The notes under the pieces were generated by a model. The model saw nothing but the letters and a program-made list of their open reading frames with translations, did no database searches and was not told the origin of the DNA. 64,000 nucleotides of DNA from Narcine bancroftii (taxonomy: Eukaryota), in assembly GCF_036971445.1 (NCBI RefSeq), contig NC_091473.1, positions 210,924,001 through 210,988,000 on the forward strand, given 5' to 3'. Made by a program: the position numbers and the translations under genes. Positions 48,360 through 62,967 of this stretch are shown here, in pieces (positions within the stretch are counted from its first letter, which is position 1; the number at the start of each line of letters is the position of its first letter).

Positions 48360-51050
48360 AGAGCAAAATCTGCACATCTTGGTGACAAAGTTTCGCCAAA
48401 TAGATGAACTGTCATTCTGTATTCAATTATATCTTTACTGTAATTGCCATTACGCCACCATAACAATCACAGATCTTCTAATGGTACTTTCACTTGATGA
48501 AACATCACTTCAATATCTGCAGCAATTACAATAGGCTCTTAACAAAATCTTATCAGAACTCCTATTAAAGTATTGGTTAAGTCAGGACCTTGTAAAAGTT
48601 GAGAATTCCATGAAAATTCTTGAAATGATGCTCCACAATCAAATACTACTCATAGTTTCTCTTTTTGTGAATGTATAACTTCATGATGAAGTGAATACCA
48701 TTTTCTACCATCTTTACATTTCAAGATATATTCTGATACCTTTTCTACATAACCTTTGGCTATTATGTCTATTATTGGTATATTGCAAATGAAAGGAAAA
48801 ATTGAATCTTCTCTTCAAATTCAGCCTATGCTCTTCTGCAATTATTTTATCATCTGGCATACAAACCTGAAATTATTTTATCATTTATTATTTTATCATT
48901 TATTATTTTATCATTTATTATTTTCAATAGGATCTGTGATCTTTTTCCATGATGATTAAGTTTATTCATTAATTCAACAGTACAAAATGATGCAGTACTT
49001 CCTGGATCAAGAAATGTGTAGGTCATCAGTCTGAAGCTCTTTTTTTTTTAGCTTTAACCTGCACAGGAACTACTGAGAGAGATTTGTCACTGCCCCCAGT
49101 TAGACTGTCTGAACCGAAGCTGAAGTATTCTCTTTGACTCTCACTCATATTGATTATGAGTATTGATTAACATCCTCTCAACTTTACTTATTGAGTATGC
49201 AGTAACTTGGGATGTTTTAAACTGCATATATCACAACTGAGTCACTTATTACAAGTTTTGGTAATGTGTCCTTTACACAAGCAGCCAAAGCATATTCCAT
49301 TCATCTTTAAAAAGTTTAATTTCTTGTCATTCGACTTTTTCTCCAATCGTGAACATTTTTCGAAAGCCTGCTTTAGAAATACAAACAGTCTTTGCAATAC
49401 AAAGAGCTTTCCTGAATAGTCTGATCTTCTTTTCCCTTTCTTTCCTTGTTCTTTCTTGTGCTTGTATCTGACACAGCAGTAACAAAGATACTTCCTTTTG
49501 CTATCTGTTGAGAAGATGCTTTAGACTTCTTTACATCTTTAGGAACTATCGAAGTATCCTTAATATTTCCAAATGCTGGTATGGTGTAAACATATACATG
49601 CCATTCCAAGAATTGTTCAACATCCTCAAAAGTGGTGTCACTTATGGGAGCATCTTAAGTTCTGCAACTTTGGTTCTCCATAAATCCTACAGCTTATAAG
49701 GTAATTTATTTACAATAATTGACAAATTAGCAAGCAAATTCAGCTCTGGTAAATGTCCATGACTTCCCGTTGCATTACAACATCCTCTCAGAAAGAGAGC
49801 ATATGCTTGTAAAGCCTTTGCATCCTCTGATTTTATTGCTGACCAAGAAAGAATCTTGTCGACGTGGGCCCTTGCAATTTTATGTTCATTGCCATAATGA
49901 TGATGCAATAATTCCTTTGGTCTTTTAAGACCTTGGTCTGGATTCATATATTGGCAACTTTTGACTAACTCCTTCACCTGTCCTCCAGTAAACTGTTCCA
50001 GGTAATATAGACCAACTTTAGCTTTTTTAGTATTACTTTCAATGTGATGTTCAAAGGATTTCATGATCATCAGATATTGCAATGGATCACCATTAAAAAC
50101 TGGAATTTTCTTCTTAGGAATATTGTATGAACCTTGTTGCTGCACTAACATAGCAGAAATTTCATTTTGTTTTGCTGTGAGTGATATTGTATTGTCTTGT
50201 CCACCATGGTTTTGACTGGTTGTCTTATTAAGAATGGAGCATATGGAACTTGAACAGGTGCCATAGGTGTAGGACCTTGTATAGGACCTTGAGTTGTAAG
50301 TGATAGTATTATTGGGGATCCTTGGTATGTAAGTGATGGAATTGGTGGACATCCTTGACATGTTACTGGTTCTTCGGCAACATGAAGAAAGATCAATGGT
50401 TGAGTATGATCAACTCGTGTGGTTGAACTTTTTTGAAATACTCTCCTTTTGGGAAGATTCATCTATCACATGCTCAGAAGAGATTGAATGTCACAAGTTC
50501 TATCCACAGAGTTGGCCATTGTCATTTGAACACTAGCAGTGCTACCCGTGGCTCCTTGCTCAAGTCTACTCATCCTTATGGCTGCAGTACCCATTGATCT
50601 GCTGGAATGTTAGGTGCTAGCCCTTTGGGTATTTCACTTTGAGTGATAGATCTTGCAGAAGCCTGAGCAAATGCTTTTACTTTGGCAATATTTTTAACAC
50701 ATTGTTTCTCAAGCCCTAGTCTTTTCTTTTCTCTCTTCAATAATCTATTTCATTCTTTATGCTGATTTTTCATTTCATCTTCTTGCCTTAGTTGCTGATT
50801 CTTCATTTCAGCTTCCATACTTCCAAAGCATGTCTTTTCTCAAATCACTCACATTATACACAGACAGTAGCCAAGTCTGTTTGTGCCTTAGCATGAATAG
50901 CTGATATGCTTGAAGCTATACTTGCACTAGATGCCTTTGAAGATCTTCTTTTGCTCATAACCTTGGAAATACTATTATCAGGATTCACATTTTAACTTTC
51001 TGATACCGCTGATTGAGTCCTGCATTTTGCTTGGTAAAACACCAGTGGGG
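48360..51050 (-). mobile_element. BEL/Pao LTR retrotransposon internal fragment
   Basis: IPVFNGDPLQY..LYYLEQFTGGQVKELVKSC (gag); [36 protein letters not shown] (RT). Confidence 0.85.
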
Positions 51051-52080
51051 CTTTGCAATGTACATTTATCTGTTCCAGTTCCACTAAATTTTCAGTCAGC
51101 TAATGAGGCCTGCAGTGCATTGATTGTATCCTCTTCTTGCTTGGTAGTTGAAATGCTTCTTCTATAGTGGCTGGTTCCAATCTCCTGCCAAGTGTTGTCG
51201 GTCCACCTTGCTGGCTCAACTCACAACAAAACAGTTCTTTGATAGTAGCTGTTTTCTTGAGGTTTTTAGCCCAATGGAACTTCTTCTGGGTTCTTCACAC
51301 TGCATCCTGTCTTCTCCTGGTTCCTGGGAACTGTAAACAAATTTGTATCTTATTTGGTCCTTTTAAGAGTATTGCAGCTTGTTTGAATATCTTCTGTGAT
51401 GCTTCACACAAGCTGGCTTATCTCTGGTTGTTTAATAACAAATTCTGGGCTTCCTGGCAGATTCTGCAAACCAGAGTTGTATCTTATCTTCCCAAGGTCA
51501 CAGGTGTCTTGCAGTCCTTGGCTTGGTTTAAACTGCACAATTGGCAGACAATATAGACATTTTCTCCCAGAAAACTGGACTTCTTGTTAAATGCTTCTTT
51601 CTTTTAAATCATGTTGAGTTCTTTCAAACAAATTTTATGAGCTTTTATTCCAAACAATTCACAATTATAATTCTCTTTGAATCAAAATATAGACGACACT
51701 TTACAGGTTCTAATATATCCTAATTTCAAAATATGTCAACTTCAAAGAAACATAAGGATGGTATTCCAAATTATTATCTTATTCAACAAATAAACCAAAC
51801 TTTGTAGATGCAGCTTTATGTAGCTTAAATTGGATAAAATGAATAAATATTTTGCATAACTTTGCATTGATTTTTTCCATAACAATGAATAAACAAAGCA
51901 GTTGGATGTATTTAAAGACATAATGATATTCAACTTTAAAGAGATATACAAAAGGAATAAGACAAAATAAGACAAATTCAAACAAAATTATCTGAATTCA
52001 AAGAAAATTATCTCAAACTTATGGTTCATGGAAGAAAAGGATACAAGCTTTTCGTCTACCCAGATGTTATGATATCATAA

Positions 52081-53347
52081 TGTTTTGGGCCGAGAGGACC
52101 CCAAAAACCCAACAGTAATAAAAATTCACCAAGACAAATGGTTACTTAAATAAAAGTTGCTTTTAATTATCTTTAAACATGAAAACAGGATCAAGCTCTA
52201 ACTTATTACTATTAGCAACTGAACCTAACTTAATCCCCTTCTAATTCTAACCACATGTGTATGTAATATGTATGTAAATTCAGAAAAGTTATTTAATTCA
52301 CAGTCCAATCTCACTTCTCACTCTTCCATGCTCAACAGTATTATGCAATTCTTATACTCTGCACAAAATTTAAAATTTATGAATCTTCACCAGGCTTTGG
52401 TGCTTGAAAGGTAAATAGTTACTGCTCAGGAAGGTTCTTGTTGGTTTTCAGAGAGATTTCTTGCTTGTTGGACACAAACTGATTCCTTCCGATCAACTAC
52501 ATCAGTGTCTTGACAAAGAAACTTGCCCCATCAGGGTTTTCCAGATGATAACCTCTATCTTTCAGGTCACCACTGAATTCCTTTTTGCTTCCCTTATTTC
52601 AGGCAATCCATTTTACAGCCAGTCACTCTTCTTGTATGGACCACAAGGGCTTTGACCAGGCTGAACTAAGAACTCACAACCTGTCTTCAAAATGGGGTTT
52701 TACCACAAGCTTGCCATGTTCTAGTCCCAGCTGTGCGCTCTCTCTCTCTCTCAAAAAACCTGTTTGACTCTCTTTGCTAGCTAAACCACATGACTTTACT
52801 CGAACAACAAACTGCTTTCAGACAGACTGCAGCACCAGACCCAATATTCTGAGGTCATTCATGCTTTTCAAAATAATAATCCATTACTCCACAGCATGTC
52901 CAATTAAAACTACCTGTGAAGTCTCTATAGGAATCCTTCAAAGTTTTTGCAAAGACACTCAAACCCTGAACTGCCTGGCTTGAGCAGAGCTCCTGCATTT
53001 TAAATTAGATCTGTGTTGTGAAGTGTTTGTTTGTGACCTATTTAAAAAAAACCCCACAATTTATCTCCTTTGAAACATATCTAAATATAATATATTGTAG
53101 AGGGAGGTACAGCAAAGGAACTCACAGCCACCAGCTTGGATGCTCTCAACGACTGTTGACTCTCAACTGCCACCGCGTGAACGGTGATGTCATAAGAATG
53201 CCTGATGCATGCACTGGGCTGAAACCATGGGTAAGGAGGACTCCCGACGGCACCCTCTTCTCATGGCTGCCCCACAACGCGGCAATACAAGCGGGGCCGG
53301 TTCGCCATGCGAGTGTGCGCCGCCACAATATAACATAATCTATCACA
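52081..53347 (-). repeat. Gmr1-like solo LTR
   Basis: Reverse-complement homology to 8930-9183 plus 13618-14398; flanks ATAA/ATAG. Confidence 0.8.
53096..53327. repeat. Small solo LTR (232 bp)
   Basis: TGTAG...CCACA, GC-rich insert with perfect TSD ATAT. Confidence 0.65.
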
Positions 53348-54505
53348 ATAGTCACTATGGAAACACTACATCAATACTTTTTCTTAAAGATATAGACACA
53401 AAATTAACTATTAATCAAAAACTCAAGGTTTTAACCTTTACCGGAATATCTGATTCACTCCAAACGTCACCTCAAGTGCTGTAAGTTGGTTGGGGCAGGG
53501 TTATTTGTGGAGATCACTGGTACAACATGAGAGGGTGGCATTCACCCGGAACTCAGCAATGAACTGTAAGTTGGATTCATCCTGGAATCTAAAACAGGGA
53601 AAATCACACTCGTTTGGGATTCCAATCAGCATCTGGCATTTTCAGGGAATGTACTCCCCCGTGGATTCTTTCTCCACGTGTGTCCCAGTCCATCATTCCT
53701 CACCCTCACCTGCCAATCCACAGCAGAGTTGGAATTCATGAGGTCTTCAACTTCAGTTCTGAGGGTGTTTAGTGTATTGGTCTCCTGTTTTAAGGGATTA
53801 GGCGGATCACAATGAGACCGGGAGTAGCACCGGACTGAGAGAGTTTAACAGTGTCTGAGCCGGGAAACCTCAAGGAACTCCCGAGAATTCGCAGCACAGA
53901 CAAGGAAGTGTGCTCCAGTCTACAATTTATGTTGTGAAGGTGCAGACGGGAACATTGCGTCAGAGAGACTGTGTTCAAGGGGCGGTGTCTTTACTGGAGT
54001 CGCCGTCTTTGTGGATCCGATCACAACGCCGTATTTGCCGGCCCCTCCTTGAAAAATGACAAGATTTCCCTGTCACGGGATAGCGCCGGACCCCAGCTCA
54101 GTGCTGAAGTGGGAATGAACGACAAAGTTTTGGTTGATTTTAATATTTTTGTTGGAAAGCAGGAAACGTGTCAGTGATTGGGGGAGAGAACGCGGTCGGT
54201 GCTGCAATGAAAAGGGTTTAAATGGGAAGTGTCTCATTGAATTCGGATCAAAATCCTCTTACAACAAACATTCGGTGCTCGGAGACGGTCGGGGGTGAAT
54301 CCGGGACTCCGGGGTTTCCGATGTTAATAGGAATGGGAGAATTTTGGAGGGGGACAGAAACACAGAGGCGGTGGTGGCGGGAGCTGACAGCAGGATGTCT
54401 CCACCCCGTCCGCTCGCTGCCTTTAAGTTGCTCTGTGCCGCCGCCTCCCGCTTCATTTCTCACTCAGTTCTGAGGCTTTCAAAGGATTGCTGCAGAGTCG
54501 CCGAC

Positions 54506-55152
54506 ATGACAGAGACTGCAGCGGCCGAAGCGGCTCCTCCTGCCACTCCCGGCGCCCAAACCAAGGCTCCCAAGAAGAAGAAGGCGGCTGCCCGGCCCAA
54601 GCCACCAGGTCCTAAGCTGGGCGATCAGATCGACAGGATGTGGCGGATTGCCGCGAGCGCGGGGGCATGTCCTACTTCGCCATAAAGAAGGCTCTGTCCG
54701 CAGGCGGCGTCGATGTGCACAAGTCCGCCTCGCACATCAAGACGAGCATCAAGAGGAAATTGGACAGCGGCCTCCTGGTTCAATGCAAAGGCTCGGGCTT
54801 GTCGGGTCACTTCAAGGCCGGGAAGAAAGAAAGGACAGTGACATTGGCAAAGAAAGCGAAGAAACCAGCGGCCACAGCTTCGAAGTCCAGGAAGTCGGTG
54901 GCAAAGAAATCTTCGGCCAAAAGACCAGTCACCAAGAAATCGCCCTCCAAGAAACCCGCGGCCAAGAAATCTCCCAGCAAGAAACACGGCGCCAAGAAAC
55001 CAGCGGCTAAAAACACGGCGGCCAAGAAGGCGGCCCCGAAGAAATTCAAGAGCCCCCCGAAAGCCAAAGTCATGAAGGTGAAGGCGACCAAAAAGGTTGT
55101 AAAATCCAGGGCCCGGCCGAAATCTAAACCCAAGGCAGCGGCCAAGAAGTGA
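54506..55152 (+). pseudogene. H1: Histone H1 with a single 1-bp frameshift near 54639 (young pseudogene or sequence error)
   Basis: MTETAAAEAAPP..; globular domain in ORF 54640..55152; K-rich tail; H1 box AAACACA at 54358-54364; intact stem-loop. Confidence 0.85.
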
Positions 55153-55188
55153 AAGAAAAACCTCAACGTGTAAACTCCTGACCCCAAC

Positions 55189-55204
55189 GGCTCTTCTCAG
55201 AGCC
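55189..55204 (+). terminator. Histone 3' stem-loop (H1)
   Basis: GGCTCTTCTCAGAGCC with downstream GAAGAGCTG. Confidence 0.93.
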
Positions 55205-56163
55205 ACTCACATCCCTCAGTGAAGAGCTGCACCCCAGTCACATCACTCCTGTCCCGGCACCGCGTTCACATTCCAGCGGGGAATCATTCACGCGAAGCCC
55301 CGGTAACTCCACCACATTCTCTGCACCCCCACCCCGGTCCCCAGTAACCAAACAAAACCCCGAGAACGGGATGTTCTGGGACCAGCCTCACTCGGTCTGG
55401 GGATGTGATCGGCCCTATATCCGTTCATCAACAATTCCTTCAGGCAGATTCTGGGGGAGAGAATGAGATGGGGACAAAGGGGGAGAATTCTGCCTCAGAG
55501 TCATCAGGGAGGTTTCTCATAGCCGGGTTAAGGTGATTATTCATCGATGAAGGGAGGTGTGGGGACAGGAGACAGGCTCCGGGGGTGAAACGGAAGGAGA
55601 CGGGATCTAGGAGGCACGTAGTGAAGATCCAGGGAATAGATTTGAGATGAAGATGAGGAAATGCCTTGTCCCTGAGGGAAGTGAATCCGCGGAATTCTCT
55701 GCCCAGTGAAGCTGCCTCATTAAATGCTTCCAAGACTCAGAGATTACTGAAAAGGAGAGGATTAAGGGTTACGGGAAATGGTGCCGAGTCCCAGTGCAGA
55801 TCAAGTCTCTTATTGAAAGCGGAGCAGTATCGATACGCCGGATTCCCATCTCCTGCTCCTATTCCTAATGTACCATTGATATCACCGCTGGATATAATTG
55901 TAACGGCGCTTATTTAAAGCTTTCGTATTTCAGGAAATCGGAAAAAATGTAACCCCGTGTGTGTTGTTCGCGGTCGCTGTTTCTGTTCTGCTAATAACGT
56001 TTGGAAATTAGCGATTTCCGGGGCCGGGGCGGAAGATGAGAGGCCGCTCTCTGCCCTGTCTGTCACTCTGACTCTGTCTCCTCCCCTCCCCTTCACTGCG
56101 TGTCCTCAGCCAGGTCGGGGCGCTGTGTATAAAAGGGGTCGGCAGCAGTGGGGTTGTCATTGA

Positions 56164-56499
<336 letters not shown>

Positions 56500-56533
56500 A
56501 GAACTCCGTCCTTTCTCCACACAACAAAACAAA

Positions 56534-56549
56534 GGCTCTTCTAAGAGCC
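56534..56549 (+). terminator. Histone 3' stem-loop (H4)
   Basis: GGCTCTTCTAAGAGCC. Confidence 0.95.
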
Positions 56550-57257
56550 GCCCAACGCCTCACAGAGGGAGCTACTGCAAAGGGCACGAATTGGGATAAA
56601 AATGTTGTCTAGAATCCATCCACAATAATTCATGATCAGGGCTTGTTTGACGAGGAAAAGAGATAATGTCGACATTCATGGTGGATTTAAAGAATGAAGG
56701 GTGATCTGCAGCCGGTTTCCCTCGAGGCGATCTCCGCTCTCTGACCCACACAATTTATATTGCGGTGTCGCTAAAACGGTCTGGAATCTCCCTCCCGGGA
56801 ATAGTCACTTTTCTCCACCTCCGCCAGAGCTGAATTCCATCCGCTTCAGCAGTGGTTCAGTCCATCCGCAGCCCAATTTAAGATACACTGGTTGAATGAG
56901 AAAATTCACCGAAATTTAAAATGATCTGAGTTAGAATCAGGGAGAACTTTTTTCCATCAAACCATTCTCCAAAATTTGCGGGTGATTTGAAAATAAACTA
57001 AAGCCAATCCCACTGCAGCCAGTGTTTCTCTCTCTCTGGTTCTCAGTCAATGTACATTTGCGCTGCAGATCTGAAACGGCCCTGTGAGTCATATGATGAT
57101 GGAGCCAATCACAGCCCTGGAACACGATGATTGCAATCTCTGCTCCAGCCATTCAGAGCGCTCGGGGCGGATCTTCAACTATTTACAAGTCGGAGCCTGA
57201 GCCAGTTTCATCATTCCAGCCCTGTGTCTCAGATTGTATTTGTACTGTTAAAGCGGA

Positions 57258-57646
<389 letters not shown>

Positions 57647-58383
57647 ACCTGGCCTCGGGACTAAGTACCAAAAAGGCTCTTTTCAGGGCCACAATCCTGA
57701 CAATGGAAAGGGCTGTGCCGTTCTAGACCCATATTTGTTTCTGTCTGCGGGGCATCTATTAAAATTGCAGTCTTCACTGCTCCTCAGCAGAATTTACTCT
57801 CCTGGTCGGTTTGGGGCATTCATTTGCAAACCCAAATGATCCTCATTCAGGTAGTCCCAAAACTAGGCAATCCCTCCACACCGTCACCTCTTAATGCTGT
57901 GATAATTGTCTGCGTGTGTTAAATGTAACTGATGTCTTCGGTTGTGACCTACACACAAGTTCAAACACGGATCGTCACTGATAAAAAAATACAGAATTGG
58001 CTACACAGCCCTGACTTACTGCAGTGGCTGGACTCTGCGTTCTCCCTCCTGTCAGGTGGTTCCGGAATCAGACAACATCCTGCACACACGTGCACATGTC
58101 CATCCGCATGTTTTTCGCACCGATTTATCCCGTTGCTTGTTTAATTGACCTGGAGAATGTAGTTCAGCTAAGTAGACGTCACCTGTGTCGGGATATGAAC
58201 TGGGAAAATTCTTTAATCTGTTCCGGTCCCGAGAATTCTCCGTTCAATTCAGCACAAAAACTTGCCCAAATACATATATGAAAAGTTTTACGTATAACTC
58301 GTTACCCTGCGCTCTCCCCAGCCCGGTCAGCCCTTCCAGATATTGTGAGTGGCTCTGAGTCATTGGGTTCACTTCATGCCGCT

Positions 58384-58741
58384 TCACTTATTAGCTCCGC
58401 CGGTTTTCTTGGGCAACAGCACAGCCTGGATGCATGGTCACCCCTCCCAGTAGATTGTTGAGCTCCTCGTCGTTGCGGACAGCCAGCTGCACGTGTCTGG
58501 GGATGATGCGAGTCTTCTTGTTGTCCCGTGCCACGTTACCGGCCAGCTCGAGGATTTCAGCCATCAGGTACTCGAGCACAGCAGCCAGATAGACCAAGGC
58601 TCCTGCGCCCACCCGCTCAGCATAGTTACCTTTTCTCAGGATCCTGTGAACACGGCCCATAGGGAACTGCAGTCCAGCCCGGGACGAGCGAGACTTGGCC
58701 TTGGACAGAGTTTTATCGCCAGATTTCCCTCATCCACTCAT
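58384..58741 (-). pseudogene. H2A: Histone H2A pseudogene (arm B)
   Basis: ATG AGT GGA TGA (CGA to TGA); C-terminal deletion; 5' arm of stem-loop deleted. Confidence 0.95.
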
Positions 58742-59584
58742 CTCCACAATTTCACCAACTCCTTCACTGCCAATAAGAACCTAAGGTTGCAGTCGCCGTT
58801 CTTGTACCTTTTGGAGGAATGGAAAGGGAGCCTGATGATGGGATCTTCAGTGCTCACTGTCATTCGTTGAGCGAGGTCCCCATTCCGAGAGCAACCAGTG
58901 AACAGGCTGCAGCACGTTGAACGCGGAGAATAATGGCCCGTTTCTTCAATCGCCGAAATGTGAAAAGGCCGTAAAATTTCATCTTTGCAGAGTCTGAAAA
59001 CAAGTTGTTGTGAATCTAATTGTTGGCGTGATTTCTACTCATCAGTGATCACTCAATCACGACACATTTACATCGTGTGTATTCATGTCCCGAGAATCGC
59101 TGTGAACAGAGTTACCGATTTATTTCAAGAAGTAACAGATGCGGGAAAGGAAACGATTCTCAGCAGTAAATGTTCCTCCGGGAAAAAGACCGTGAACTGA
59201 CTGATCTCGGGTGGTGATGGCGTTCGGGGCAGTAACATCATGCGGGGGTTCAGTTCATAGAATGCACACGAAATAGCAATTGAACAGTGAAAACTCTTGT
59301 ATTTTGCCCACATTAATCGCTCCCAATTGTCAAAATGTTTAATGACTGTGATAAATGAGAATATAACATTTCTGTGGCCCTTTAGGGACAGGAATTCAAC
59401 TGGGACACCAGGAACATGCAGCACTGAAAGCGCAAACTTGGATCAACAGAAACTGCATGAAAATAAAGGCGTGAAGCAGAAATTATTATTGGAAACTTTG
59501 GTACAACACTTTCAGTGAGACTGTGAGTGGCTCTTACAAACACCGTTGGGTTTTCTGCCTGTCTGGTCGATACTCTATGAAGGT

Positions 59585-59949
59585 TTATTTGGAGCTGGTG
59601 TACTTGGTCACGGCATTCATCCCTTCCAACACGACGTGCTTGGCCAACTCTACGGGTAGCAGCAGGCGCACAGCGGTCTGGATCTCCCAGAAGCTGATAG
59701 TTGACCTCTTGTTGTAATAGGCCAGGCGGGAAGCCTCACCCACGATGCACTCAAAAATATTGTTAACTAACAAGGTCATGATGCTCATGGCCTTGCAGAA
59801 GATGCCAGTGTCAGGATGAACCTGCTTCATCACCTTGCAGATGTAGATGGAGTAACTCTCCTTCCTCACCCTCCTGCACTTCTTTCCTGCTGGTTTGTCA
59901 AGGCTTTCTTGGTGCTCTTCTTGGGAGCTGGTTTCTGCTGCTCAGGCAT
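59585..59949 (-). pseudogene. H2B: Histone H2B pseudogene (arm B)
   Basis: 365 bp versus 375 bp (1-bp and 9-bp deletions); many CpG transitions; stem-loop mutated to GGTGTTTGTAAGAGCC. Confidence 0.95.
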
Positions 59950-62900
59950 TTCCACAATCACCTTCAAACACTGAAATAACCATAACATCTGAGAGCGCAG
60001 GTTAAATAGGCAGCCCCCTCACCTTATGCTAATGAGGGATTGGAGACGGAAGGGATTGTCATTGGTGACATATTTTGCGGTGACACATTCCGGTTGGATA
60101 CCCGAGCGAACAAATCACAGCGCCTCACTCTACCAATCAGAAGTCGCTCTCTCTGTCCGGGTCATTGAGGACGGGGTATCAGAACCGATCTGGTGGAATT
60201 CCCGCTGCCGTTTAACACAGGAGAAAGCATGGAATTGTGGAGAGTGTGTGGGGGTGATTTAATTTAATCAGGAAACTTGAGTCAGGTGGATGTTTGAAGA
60301 TAAAGGAAAAGCAAATAAAATGATCACAAAATACAAAAATTATGATTTCCAAAATTGTCAACGGGCAGCAGGAGACAGGGGATGAGGGGGTTAGGAGTGA
60401 GTGTTGACCTGCGAGGTCCAATTCTGTGTGAAAGCGGGGTGTGAGGTCAACGTTGTCCCCACCGGATGTCTTCACGGAGGAGGGGGATAAAGCCGGATTT
60501 TCGTCCGGATGACAGGGTTGAGTTATTGGATCGGATAAACATTGGAGGAGAGAGGGTGTCAGTGAATTTAGCACTTGTGGAAAGGACCAGTCACTGAAAT
60601 CTATTCCAGGCAGTTAAAGGGCGGGCGGGGGGAGAGTGTGAAGCCTTTGGCATCATGTTTTCGCTTTTCTCCAGCTGCAGCCAGTGGGGCTGGAGGAGTG
60701 GGGGATGAGAAAAACCCGTGGTGACTTTTTCTCACAACCTGAAGAAGGGATCAGGCCCAAACTGTAGTGAATATATCTTTACCCATGTGGACGCTGCACG
60801 ACCTCCTGAGATCCTCCAGTATTTACTTGCAAAAGAAGTGCGGCCTGCCTCCCTGTCAGAGTGCCCAACGTGCATGTGTGAGGGAGCATGATTGACAGTT
60901 TCCATTTCCGAACACAATTGGCCTTGAGGCGGGTTCGAGGGAGTGACAGGATTCCGAAGTAGGCCATTGGTGAAAGATATGTAGGCGGGCACTGTGGGTG
61001 ATGATGTCATAGAATGAGGTCTCGTGCTTTAGTTGCTGTTTTTTTCTCCGTTATAATGGGTTAAATGGATCGGTTTCAGGCGCCCGTTGCATTGTTGGAA
61101 AAAACACGGACATCTCCATTGCTGAAGTTCCACACCTCCTCTGCATTAGGAATCGGATCTATGCTCAACGTGTAGGGAATGTACCGATTTAGTGGATGGA
61201 GGGAGGGAACGGACTGAAGCCGGGAAAGTCCCAGGACTGTGGAGCAGGTTCTGTGCCAGAATCCCAAGGGAAGTTGCTGTTAATGTGGGTTGTAATGTGA
61301 TTTTCACCGTTACGTTGAGGTTAAATGACTCTCCCTTTGTGAAACGTTATGTTATGGGTCACTACAAAGTTCTCTACATTTCTTCTTTTGGATGTTGGAC
61401 TTCCAGAAGCCTCCAACGCCAACCCCAGCAAGGCATTCTAGGCATCCACCAGTCTGCATAAAATAACTTAACCTAAACTTCCCTCCAGTTGTCTTAAATG
61501 GATGTTCTCTGGTATTGGCCGTTTGCTGAGCTGGGTAAATGGTTTGAAGTTTCAATTTATTGTCACAGTAATAAAACAGTGTCATATTACGTGTAATTTC
61601 TTTTTACCTGTTGCAAGGCAAACAGATTCACTACTGGCAGGAATTGCCTAAGGGCTTCTTACAGTAAATCAGAGAGAGAAGCAAAAGAGAGTTCCCTCAG
61701 AGTCACCGATTATCTGTAGATTCACCTCCAGCCTTCGCTCCCACACAGAGTCCAGCAACGTGAGGTGCAGATCCAAACTTCCGCCAGGGCCAGGAAACTT
61801 TCAGCACCCTCGGCAACTCCTCACATCCTGGTTCCGATCACTGGCACCCCTCCAGCCAGTTCGATCTAGTCTCTAGCAGTCAGCAGCTTCCACGGGTTCC
61901 TTGCCTCCAGTCGCCAGCATCCCACTGCATGCACTGGTCAATCAGCTACAGAGCACCCACACTGGTTCCCCCCACCCCCGCTGTGTCACCGTCCCATTGG
62001 GCCATCTCCTCTGTTTCTTCCCTCTCAGATGGTGCATGATCTTCCTGTCCTTTGATGCCTTGCTCCAGTCCTCTGATCCTTCAGCCTCTGTAGCCCCTCG
62101 TGGCTACGGCTGATTAATAGGCGTCACCAACTAGGGCGCAGACCTGCGGTCAAGGAATTTCAACAAAAATCACCTTCAGATCCCTCAACGGGCCATTCAA
62201 AGACCATGCAGAGCTGACGGTAATTGACAGGGCTGCTGGACACCATGGGAGCACTGTATCTCTGGTCCCCGCAGGTCTACACCAGCTGCTGCACTACTGG
62301 CAGTGCTGCCATCTTAAACTGGCCATTCACCCTATCTCTTCCCCTCATATTCTTTAATTCCTCTCATCCTTGGTCGCTCCAAAGAGAAAACCCTGAGCTC
62401 TGTCACTCTTGCTTCATATGACACATTCTCCAAACAGGCAACATGCTCGTAAGCCCCATCTGCACTCTCTCTGAAGCATTGACATCTTTGCAATACTGAG
62501 GCGATCATCACTGTACAAATGATACTCTAAGTGTGGCCTTACCAGAGTTTTGTTGAACAATGTTATCTTGCTGCTCTTGAATTCAGTCCCTGACTAATGA
62601 AGGCAAATGTACCACTCATAATCAGAGTGAATACCTTTCCTTTACACTTATCCTGACTCCAGTTCCTCCACACACAACAACATTGGCCCTAAAGTGAATC
62701 AATTCTCTCCCCACTTCAAGTTCAACTTTATTATTATCTGACTGAACACATGCACCTTGTTGTAAATCTGGATGATTGTATACACACACACACTCTCACA
62801 AACACACACACACACACACATTGGAGGAGGGGGAGTAACAGTGTCTTTTCCAGGGGAGATGATTCTAGAACTCATCCTCAATCTCAGGCACAACTTTTGT

Positions 62901-62967
62901 TTCAATACCAAACACTATTTCCACATGGACATATTTATCTATGGCCACATGCACTGTTAAACCAAGT

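Noticed and set aside
51100-52060. AT-rich stretch with several ORFs
   Set aside because: No recognisable domain; possibly a decayed transposon but cannot be supported
54625-55206. 193-aa and 126-aa antisense ORFs over H1, and similar ones over H2A, H2B and H4
   Set aside because: Shadow ORFs of GC-rich histone codons
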